From NCBI GenBank assembly GCA_040954595.2, contig CM082593.2:8501100-8565099 (forward strand): a DNA stretch of 64,000 nucleotides. Direction: 5' to 3'. The translations under genes were made by a program, and so were the position numbers. The DNA is from Balanoglossus misakiensis (taxonomy: Eukaryota > Animalia > Hemichordata). The notes under the pieces were generated by a model. The model did not search any database, was not told where the DNA came from, and was given only the letters and a program-made list of their open reading frames with translations. Below, piece after piece: positions 23,301-33,575 of this stretch; within the stretch, counting starts at the first letter, position 1, and each line of letters starts with the position of its first letter.

Positions 23301-26300
23301 TTAAATGTGTTTACAGGCACCAACTTAGAAGAACCTGTTGAGGAGGATGAAAATGGGGAATATACAGTAAATGAGTTACCACAAGCTGATGGACAGGAGG
23401 AGCCCGCATATGGACAGACTGCATTGGATAACACTGCTGAACAGCCACTGTTGACAGACAATGAAGACAACCAAATTTTGGCAAACACAGGCTACGAACA
23501 ACCAGGCCAGACAGAAACTGGGTATGAACAACCAGGCCAGACAGAAACTGGGTATGAACAACCAGGCCAGACAGAAACTGGGTATGAACAACCAGGCCAA
23601 ACTGGGTATGAACAGCCAGGGCAGATTGGGTATGAGCAACCAGGCCAGACAGAAACTGGGTATGAACAACCAGGCCAAACTGGGTATGAACAACCAGGCC
23701 AAACCGGGTATGAACAACCAGAACAGGCAGAAACTGGGTATGAACAACCAGGCCAAACTGGGTATGAACAACCAGAACAGGCAGAAACTGGGTATGAACA
23801 ACCAGGCCAAACTGGGTATGAACAACCAGAACAGGCAGAAACTGGGTATGAACAACCAAGCCAAACTGGGTATGAACAGCCAGGGCAGATTGGGTATGAG
23901 CAACCAGGCCAGACAGAAACTGGGTATGAACAACCAGGCCAAACTGGGTATGAACAACCAGAACAGACAGAAACTGGGTATGAACAACCAGGCCAAACTG
24001 GGTATGAACAACCAGGCCAAACCGGGTATGAACAACCAGAACAGGCAGAAACTGGGTATGAACAACCAGGCCAAACTGGGTATGAACAACCAGGCCAAAC
24101 CGGGTATGAACAACCAGAACAGGCAGAAACTGGGTATGAACAACCAGGCCAAACTGGGTATGAACAACCAGGCCAAACCGGGTATGAACAACCAGAACAG
24201 GCAGAAACTGGGTATGAACAACCAGGCCAAACTGGGTATGAACAACCAGAACAGACAGAAACTGGGTATGAACAACCAGGCCAAACTGGGTATGAACAGC
24301 CAGGGCAGATTGGGTATGAACAACCAGAACAGGCAGAAACTGGGTATGAGCAACCTGGCCAAACTGGGTATGAACAACCAGGCCAAACCGGGTATGAACA
24401 GCCAGGGCAGATTGGGTATGAACAACCAGAACAGGCAGAAACTGGGTATGAGCAACCTGGCCAAACTGGGTATGAACAACCAGGCCAAACCGGGTATGAA
24501 CAGCCTGGAGAAGAGGAAGGCTATGGGCAGGAACAGCCAGGTTCAAAATCGGGATTGACATGGACTGGTGATGGATATGATCAAATTCCGGGAGGTGGTG
24601 ATGTACAGCAAGAACAACAAGGTGGAGATACAGGGCTGGAAGGTGGCCTACCACCATATGAACAAGGGCAAGACCTTGAAGATCTGTTTGGAGCTGGGTC
24701 AGACAAGGAAGGGGGTGACAGTAATATTCCAGGTTTTACTCAACCATACACCACAGGTCAAGGAAGTTTGGGTGGAGCCGATAATGGATTCTCAGAAGGT
24801 AGCATGTCAGAATCAGCCGATTCAGAATCAGATTTTGACTCAAGTGATTCTACTGGAGAAAGTGTACTCAATGATGAAATGAATAATATAGACATTGGCC
24901 AACCTGCAGCTGTACAACCTCCTTATGGACAACCTGTTGGAATTCTTCCCCAAGGAGAAGGAGTAAGTACTCATTTTGATGTTTACTCTCAGAGATGATG
25001 CATCTGTAGTGGTACATCAACATGTGCCTGTACAGCATTGTGTGGTTGGAAATCAAAAAAGAAACTGTAACATCAAGTAATATAACTATCAGTCTCATTT
25101 TTTTTGTTTACTGGGAACAGGCTAGGCCATTTTGGCTATTCATTAGGCCAAACAAAAATATATGTGCTGTTCTGTTTACCCGACCTACCCTAATTGTAAC
25201 CCGCCGACCCTAAACTTTTTAGAGCTTCGTAAACCAGAAGTAAAAATAACGATGTCAAATATACAAAATTTATGAAAATTTCGAGAATCACGCAAGAACT
25301 ATGACGTCATTCTTCTACACTACGGTGGCCAAAGATATAAAAAAAAATTGCAAAATAAAAAAAATTTCCCTACCTACCTTCCCTATTTTTGAAAACCATG
25401 TAATCAGAACAGCACATATTTTTTTTTATTTGGCCTTAATAACTAAGTATCTACCAGTGCCTGAAATCGAGAGATAATAAAATTGAAATTCTCTCATTTA
25501 ATTTTATTTTCACTGGATAATATCAAAGCCTGCTGGCATCAGCTGTTGCTTACTTCAGCCTGAACTGATGGCTGGCAACAGCTTGTATGATGCCATATAG
25601 AATAGGACAAATGGAAATCATTGATTGGTTGCACTGCTTCCTAAATCCCTGCATCATGTGTACATGTGATTACATCGTGCTGCAATATGATCAGCAAACT
25701 TTACTAAGCACTCACAAATTGTTTCTGTAGTTTTAGTGGTGTCAGGTGGTTTAATCATATGAAGACATGTCATCATACTTGTAATGGTATGCTGAGATTG
25801 CTTCAAATTTTTAAACCTCATAAAATGAATCATATTTGTATATATTAAAATTAATATTCCAAAGTATCATGTTTATTCAGGAACTGAGGATTGAAATGTT
25901 CATCAATTAAATACATTATATCATCCATATTTGCAAATGATTTAATAGAAGACGTGAAATGTAAAAAAGAATTGTATATATTTTTTCAGTTGTGATAAAC
26001 ATTTGCTTCCCCTTGGGTACTTAAAGTTTGAAACTGTTCTGAATAATCTACATAACTTTGATTCTACCAACAGGACAGTGATTTCCACACCTATATTACT
26101 GAAGACAAACCAACAAATCATCATTTCCTGGCATATTCATTAACAGTAATCATCCTAGTGATGGTTGCGTATGTCTTGTATCATAATAAACAAAAGGTAA
26201 GTCGATCAAAACTCACATCATAATTGCATCTGGTTAGTCATCTATCATAAGAACCATTATAAATCCTAAGTGATTGATTCAGTCAGTGTTGTATATATTT

Positions 26301-27483
26301 TGAAACAAATGACTGTATGTACTGCACTATGACAAATGCTTTATGTCAAAGGAAATGAATGATGTTACCTGTGTGCATCAGCTGTCATCTCAGTGTGTAA
26401 TCTGCATGCAGTCTGCTACGATTCAATCCATAGCATGTTGTGAGATCATACGAAAACCAGACACACTCCACCATGAGTTTGTGTGCCTTTTTCAGTGCAG
26501 ATCCTTTCCACTTAACCACTGCTACTTTCAAAATTTGAATGGCATGTTCCCTAGGCTGATTGAATGAAAGTGCTTGTCATATTTGTGTTTCTACTGACAG
26601 TTTTTGCCATTTTGGGTCAAAATTCAGTTTCTGTAGAACAGCCAATCACATTGCCTCAAATGGGACCAAAATGTCCTCGACGCTATGTTTATTGTCGACA
26701 AATGCATTAAAGTCCGGAAAAATTCTGAACTAATAGTTAAACGTTACAGATAGTGGACTTTTAAAATAACTCATCAATGTAAAGAATGGTCTGGCTCATG
26801 TATTAGAACACTAGAACTTTGTTTACAAGGATTATACTGGTTAACTCACCAGATGCAGAATTGTAGTTGTTTCTGTCAAAAATGACATGTATGATCATTG
26901 TCAAAATTTGCCATAATGACAAAGCACTTGACTGTGAAAAGTGTGTCTTAATTTAAATTTCTTGTGTTGCTGAATGTCTTGGTGAATGTCTATCAGGTTT
27001 TGTGAGGGTGAGTTGTTCTCCATTGCATGCCATGTTCATACGCATGTGTCACTTAGACAGTCGATCATATTCTTAGTTGCTTGCAGAATCTGGCATGTTT
27101 TTTTTTCTTGAGGTTTGTATCAGTGCTTGTGATTTTGTTTCTGTTTTGTAAAATTGTCAGTGCTGTTGGATCTTTTTCTTCTTTCTAGATTGTTGCTATC
27201 ATTATTGAAGGCAGGAATCGCGGCAATGACCGGAAACGAGCCACTGGGAGTGAATACCAAAAGTTGACCCAAGAAACACCAGATGTATAAACTGTACTCT
27301 TCATCTGTTTGTTGTTCTCTCTTTCCTCACCACTAGATTGTTGCTATAGTAATAGAGGGTAGACAAAGCAGTAGAGGACGACGCCCAAGTGGGGAAGGAT
27401 ACCAAAAATTGGAACAGACTGTTACAGAGGCTATGCCAACTCTACAAACCTCAGCCAAAGGCTCAGAACAGTATATATTTTGA
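20400..27483 (+). CDS. TGN38/TGOLN2-KCT2(C5orf15)-family type I membrane protein, ~821 or ~836 aa
   Basis: Exons 20400-20994 (alternative donor 20976, same phase), 23317-24962 and 26074-26196, then 27189-27290 or 27337-27483; all phases are compatible. Encodes a signal peptide (VVIVALVFFVVFA), a Cys-rich N-domain, an acidic repeat stalk, and HFLAYSLTVIILVMVAYVLYHNKQK-IVA..EG..YQKL, which matches TGOLN2 HFFAYLVT..HNKRKIIA..EG..YQRL. Confidence 0.9.
21752..21841. mobile_element. Short piggyBac-like MITE (related fragments at ~196-249 and ~28112-28184)
   Basis: ACCCTTTCACC...GGTGAAAGGGTTAA; internal CAGTCCAAAC..CATTGTTTTCTATGG is the reverse complement of 200-230. Confidence 0.55.
21874..22328. 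mobile_element. Kolobok-like MITE, same family as 10756-11124
   Basis: TTAA-GGATGTACATG...CATGTACATCC-TTAC. Confidence 0.7.
23486..24508 (+). repeat. Coding minisatellite: ~39 mixed 24/30-bp units encoding (T/I)GYEQP(G/E)Q(TE/AE)
   Basis: Visible in the DNA and in ORF 23307-24998; all length variants are multiples of 3. Confidence 0.95.
25143..25439. mobile_element. MITE (Kolobok-like GG..CC ends)
   Basis: TTAGGCCAAACAAAAATATATGTGCTGTTCTG...CAGAACAGCACATATTTTTTTTATTTGGCCTTAA. Confidence 0.7.
27189..27290 (+). CDS. Alternative terminal exon A (TGN46-like short tail)
   Basis: Polypyrimidine tract plus TAG acceptor, phase 0: IVAIIIEGRNRGNDRKRATGSEYQKLTQETPDV*. Confidence 0.8.
   Translation: MVAIIIEGRNRGNDRKRATGSEYQKLTQETPDV
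27337..27483 (+). CDS. Alternative terminal exon B (KCT2/C5orf15-like tail)
   Basis: Polypyrimidine tract plus TAG acceptor, phase 0: IVAIVIEGRQSSRGRRPSGEGYQKLEQTVTEAMPTLQTSAKGSEQYIF*. Confidence 0.85.
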   Translation: MVAIVIEGRQSSRGRRPSGEGYQKLEQTVTEAMPTLQTSAKGSEQYIF

Positions 27484-28792
27484 GAAAATGGCCAATTGCT
27501 TATTACCTTAATTATTATCTGCAAGTCATTTACTCTATTAAGCTCATCATTCTTCTGCCTGTCTTCATTACAGTATGTAACTATTTATATACTGTGGCTT
27601 ATCAGCTCAAAGGCTTTGTTATTTCATGTTGTAAAAAACAACAACAAATAGCTGTCTGTTTCCAGCGTCTTTGTGTCAGTGCTTGTTTTCTGCCCAAATG
27701 CAGTGTAGGTGACCATGTAACATACAGTGTACCACTTGCTTGCCAAGTTTTGAGTTCTGCTGTTGGTGTAGTTAGATTACGGCAAACAATTTATGTTTCA
27801 GACTAAGAAAGTCCGTATTTTTAGAAATTGGCATCCATTGTCATGCAAACATTGATTCAATTGCAATATTGTGTTCACTGACATAGGAAAGTTGTCTGGT
27901 ATCTGTTAATTGTGGATTGACATCGTATCATCTAATTATCTAGTCAGTATTACGAAAGTTATGAGATTATCAAGTTATCAGTAGCCAAAATCTGCTGCAA
28001 ATATGCTTACTTCCAAACTGTCTGTCTGTTAGAAATGTTTCAAGCTAGTAACTGTTTCAGCCACTACCATTAGTGAAGTATTTCTAGAAGTCAGCCGTGA
28101 CATTGAATGTTATAACCCTTTATTCACCACTGCCCAACTCAAGTGTTTTTCCGACGTTCAACCTTTTCAGGGGTGAAAGAGTTATTGTAACAAAATTCCA
28201 AGTATGTAGAAGTAGAAAGTCATCAGCTTCAAGCCAGAGGGTTTTTGTGACATTCAAAAGGGCTCTTGCAATAAGTTATTTAAAATATGTAAAAAAAAGT
28301 AAAATATTTAAGTCAACACAAGATATTTTTAGAATATACATAACTTATAAAAAGTGAATGTATTTGCTTTCAAAACATTTGCACGTTGCTTTGTAGAAAT
28401 CCGGTAGGAAATGATGACGTTTATTTTTTATCTCAATTTATTAGTGTGGAGTTTCATAAAAGCTGTGTAATGTGTGTTTATACTTTGCCAAGCAGTGATT
28501 TTTAGTGTCAACCCCCCTACTTACCATTATGGAAAATATGGTGCTCAGGTGTGATTTGGATTGGTAGAGTGGTGAATCTTGTGACATTGAAGCAGTGTGC
28601 CCTCTAACAATTTTTTTTGGAAAGCTTTGAGTCAATTGAGTAGTTCTTAAAATTTCTCTGAGTCCGCCCTATACTGTTGCATGTGCTGTGGATAATATTC
28701 TTAAGTCACCAGTGAGTTGGTTGAGTCTGTGGCTAGTCGTATGGGCTTAGAGTACACACTGGCAACAGGATTATTTCTTTCAAACCCAAAAC

Positions 28793-29222
28793 TAGTCTCG
28801 GTTAATACCCAGATCCCTCTGCTTCTGATGCTGCGCTACAGAAAGAGGGTCTGGGCAAATACCAAAGAACGTTTTGAAACACAAAATGGCTGCTGTCAGG
28901 ATTTCAGACAGCCGCTGATTGGCTGATCTGTCAGTATGACCTAGGTCACTGCAACTCAACTAATATCCTGGACATGCAGCAAAACTATGACGACATCCAT
29001 TGATGTGACCGGTTGAACGCTGCAATTGAAGCGTCTTTGACCTTGCTGTATGTCCAGGATTTTAGTCGAGTTACAGTGACCTACATGTAGGTCAGCCAGT
29101 CAGCGGCTGTTCGAAATCCTGACAGCGGCCATTTTGTTTTTCAAAACGTTCTATGGTATTTCCTCAGGCCCCCTTTCTGTAGTGCAGCAGAAGAAGCAGA
29201 GGGGTCTGGGTAACTGAGACTA
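28793..29222. mobile_element. AcademH-like palindromic element sharing termini with 1184-1610
   Basis: TAGTCTCGGTTA..CCCAGATCCCTCTGCTTCT...AGAAGCAGAGGGGTCTGGGTAACTGAGACTA; 9-bp TSD ACCCAAAAC/ACCAAAAAC. Confidence 0.82.
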
Positions 29223-30844
29223 ACCAAAAACTAGAATGGATGTTTGTTTGAGTGTTATAGTTAGTCTTCATTTGACGTCATAACACCAAACTGGCAAATG
29301 TGTTCAAATCTACTTAAACAGTTGAAATTATTGTAATTTGCGCGTGTATAAAACATGTCATTCTAATGCATTGGTATTTTGCCTGTATTTGAATAATATT
29401 CATAATTTGTAGTTGAATTTTCATGTTTTCAAATCAGATGCTGCATGGTATGCCAACGTACATATTCTTATTTCACTTTCAGGTTTTTGTAATTCAATCT
29501 CAAAGTCACTCGCCCAACTGACTTCTCTGTAAGGAATTTGTGTTGCAAGTCATGAAAACCTTTCAGGTCAATGAAACAAATTCTGGTAGTGTAAGATCAT
29601 GTTTTTACAATACAGGAATTTCAATCGGTTCTAATGAAATTGCTTTCTGTTGTTTGTATGACCACTGCAGTTTGGAATCTAGTTGAATTTTTCATACGAA
29701 ACTTGGGATAGGGTGTGACAACTCAAGATATTTTGTAAAGTGTACTTTTGCTATGGAAATGGTTTTTTTGGATAAAATAAATTTTGGATATGGGAATTAA
29801 TATCTTTGTGTCTCTTTGTGTAGAGATTATTATTGGCACTGATTAATCCCTCACTCCACTCCACAGCTAATGATAGTCTATTGGAAAACCTAATATGGGG
29901 TTCACACAGGGACCATTAAGACATTTCTGAAACGTCTGTCTTGGGTCAAATACTGGCATAAATTATTATGTGGGAACAGTTTAAGTGGTTCTGAAACGTC
30001 TCAGATTTGAGATGGCTTTGTCGGACAGACCTGAGCCAGTGTAAGGATTAACACCTCTCCACAACCCATTGTCTATGGGACCGAGCCTCAGCGCCTATAC
30101 ACTATTTTTTTGTGTGTGGACACAACGAGACTCAAAGCATTAATGCTCTGTGTTTACCATAGGCAAATAGTGTCTCAAATTTTACCCTGTGTGAACCTGG
30201 TATAAGTCAAGGGGCTTAGCTTCTTTCTCTAGGGTCTATAGCTGGGGCAATTAACAGACAAAAAAAATGATCTATATGATTTATTACCTGTAATTAACTT
30301 TGCCTTGTTTTGTCTTGACGCTCAGCTCAAAATTCCAGGAGCTTCTATGTGATTTTCCAGGCATAGAAATCAAAAATGCCATTTTCCAATATCAATTCAG
30401 TTGTAATGAAGGAAGTTTTGGGTCAATGAGAGAATTTGTACAAAGATCTCATCATTAAATAGTTCTGTTTTAACGTCATTGGAAGTCTTCATTGCCCAGT
30501 GTCACTTGCCATAACATTGCCTCGGAGAACAGACCACATTTAGTGGCACACTACTCTGGTTCCGCTGGCACATAAACGTCATTGGTGGTACAACACCCTT
30601 ATTGGTTTAGAGCAGCACACTACACCAGTGTCTCACTGTGGTGGTTTTGTAGGCGCGGCAAACGTTACAGAGACTTTAAAGGGAACACGGCATCTGTGGT
30701 ATCGCTTGTCATAATGGCCAGCACTGTTACATGTGTCTATAGAGGGCGCACTGCACCTGTGTTGATCATGTGCGTCATTGGTGCAGAAGACACTCACCAC
30801 TTCTCAGACAATTCGCAGAGGGCACTCTTGACTTCTCAGACAAT

Positions 30845-33237
30845 TTAATAGTCCTTCTCTTCTTCATTATTTCTCAAATGTTCAAAAACCATCCTTTCAC
30901 TATCATGACATGACCTGGATCTCTCTAGGGTATCCAACATGTCTTGTTTTAAGTCTGCTAGAATAAAAACAGAACAATTACAAATTATGACCAGTAAAAG
31001 ATGACAGGAATATGCTTCTGTAGAAAAATACTAAATTTTTGCAAAGGATGAGATTGACATACTGAATCTGAATACATCATGTGTCAGCACTTTATTGACC
31101 TATGTTTGTTATAACAGCATTTGCTTTTTCAGTCTGCACATAATTTACTGAGAATGTTCCCTTGACTTTCACAAGTATTACCAGTACCAATGTAATTTTG
31201 GTGGAAATACTTCCAATGCAAGTGTATGTCTTTCAGTTGCTTTGGAAGAAGTGACATTGGCTTTTGAGTAAGTGACAAATTAAAAAAAAATCAGTAAAGA
31301 AAGAATTTACTGATCAGAATGTGAATAATGTGAGGAGCAAACACTATTTTTACTTTCCATATTTCTTCTTCTTTGGGGAATGTAACCACAAGAATCTGTT
31401 CCAGCAGTTTCGAAGGAAATCTGTTATGGCATTTCTGTGCCAGCAACCCCATCATATTGAATCATAGTCATGAAATATGAAATACCTCTTAATGTGTAAC
31501 ATTTTAGATATCTCCCAATGTCATTTGAAGAATTGCTGGATAGATGGGCCAAGCCTTAACTATGTTTTCTGGCATTTCTTAAAATACATCTTGTATATCT
31601 GATGAAAAATATTTTGACCAACCATAGAAGACTACCTACCTTTAGTATTTATTGGTGGCACGTTTTTTTCTGAGATGTCCTGTTTTTCTTTCAGATTTTT
31701 GGGAGTCGCCTTTTCTTTTCGATTTTTTTCTGAGGTGCATCATCCCTGGCACTTTCATCTGAGCAGAAAGTGATATTTTTTACAGAGATTCAGTTGAATA
31801 TTAATACTATTACATGTAGCTTCCTTGCAATATACATGTATACCGGTACATCTATATAGCAAACGAGAGCCAAAAACCATTTGAACAGTCAAGAAATGTT
31901 GCCTACCTTTAACACCATGTGTACTGCCTTCTTTGTTAGTTCCTGTATTTCTTCCATTATTCTCATCATCATCATTGTCGATATCAACTGTCATACAAAA
32001 TGCTCTAAGCAGAATACTTCCAAGGAATGAGCCATTCCTACGATGTGCTTTCTTCTTAGGTTGAGCTGCAATAATATTGTTTCACCTTATGCTCAAAATA
32101 GGAAATATCAAGGGATCTGTCTACTGTGAAACCTCTCTAAACTGAAACCTGTCTGATCTGAAATCCTGTCTATACCAAACACTGTCTCTAGTCCCCTTCA
32201 CATAAAACTTTCAAAAGAACCTCTATAAACCAGACATGTTTGCAAAATAACACGACATAATATTCTTAGTTCCTTTGGTGTCCAGTTTTGACAGGTTTTG
32301 ACTGTATGAATCAATTTTTTCTTCGTATCATGGTCATATTTTTACATGTTTGTCTGTCTTGTTTCTTTAATACACATCAGCTTGAGACAAACAAACCTTT
32401 TTTTAAAGTGTTACAATATTGGCAAAAATTCTGTACCACCTAAGACGATACTGTAACTGCACTGTTGATTGTTATTACGGACAGACGAGGTTCCACATTA
32501 TAACGCTACTTACTTGCCAATATGTACACTTTGCTTTCTTACCTCTGTTATCTGTATCAGATTCAACTTCTTCAGATGTCTGCTGCAACATCTGCTCCAA
32601 AGTAGGAAAGCTTGTGACATCAGCTGTCTGTATAATGTCCTCTTGATCCTTGACTTCAGCTGATTGCATTATTGGCTTGTCAGGTACCTGCATGGTAAGT
32701 TCCCTCTTCTTGTTATTGAGTGGCTGCTTTGAATCTTTCTGCTTTTGAGCTTCAGAAACCTGTGTACTGTTCCCCTTTTTGACACAAGTTGGCGACAGAA
32801 CGACTGAAGTTTCCTGTTTGCTATCCCTGGCTACAGTGATGGATTCCAAATTTTCAACTTTGGATTCCATAGTGGCAGGATCTTTGACTACAGCAGCCAG
32901 AGTCACACTAGGCTTTTCATTTTCAAGATGACCAGATGATGGGGAGAGAGTTTCCTGTTCGCTATCCCTGGCTGTGTCGACAGATTCTGTGAGCATCGAC
33001 TGGCCAGATGATGGGGTGACAAAGTTGGCATCTTTTGGCTCACTGGCAGCATCGCTTCCACTGGCTGTCTGATTGATGGATGTAGTGGGAACGTCTTGAG
33101 CACTTTGTTGTACCTGGGCAGATGGTACATCTCTTTGGCTTGGCTTTACTGATTGTATATCACTGTCTGTATTTATGAATGGGTGAGATAGAGCTTCCTG
33201 TACAGTGATTCTTCTATCACCGTAATAACTCAGCATT
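30845..33237 (-). CDS. 3' exons of a Ser/Thr protein kinase (CMGC-like, e.g. HIPK/DYRK/CLK type) with a long low-complexity tail; 5' exons lie outside the window
   Basis: Exon 33237-32543 begins MLSYYGDRRITVQEALSHPFI (kinase subdomain XI, RIT..EAL.HPF). Further GT-AG exons are 32065-31907, 31758-31640 (1 nt short; TGA at 31693-31691) and 30957-30845. Confidence 0.75.
32124..32304. mobile_element. Degenerate pogo/Tigger-like MITE
   Basis: TA-CTGTGAAACCTCTC...GACAGGTTTTGACTG-TA imperfect TIRs. Confidence 0.5.
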
Positions 33238-33575
33238 CTGTAGATTTGAAACAGAAATCAATCTTGATAACACCTGAATTATTAAAACTATTGAATGTAA
33301 GGTAAAAAGTAAAGTGATAACATTATGAGAAAACAAAATCATAAAGAGATATATGTGAATGGATAAAAATTAAAGGCAGAAGAGCACATTATTCTCTATT
33401 TTACATTCAAACTATAATTGGTCCAATCTGTAAATGTACTTCTTAAGGGATCTGTAACAGTATTGGTCATGAAATGGGAATGTAATTACAAATTTACATA
33501 AAATAAATAATAAATGGATGTCCTTCTCAAACATGCACTGCTACATTCATGAAAGTATACAATAAACAGTTGAAA

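Noticed and set aside
23311-24657. Long overlapping ORFs (448, 370 and 365 aa) in other frames and on the opposite strand
   Set aside because: Shadows of the stop-poor 24/30-bp coding repeat; only the GYEQP frame has compatible splice sites.
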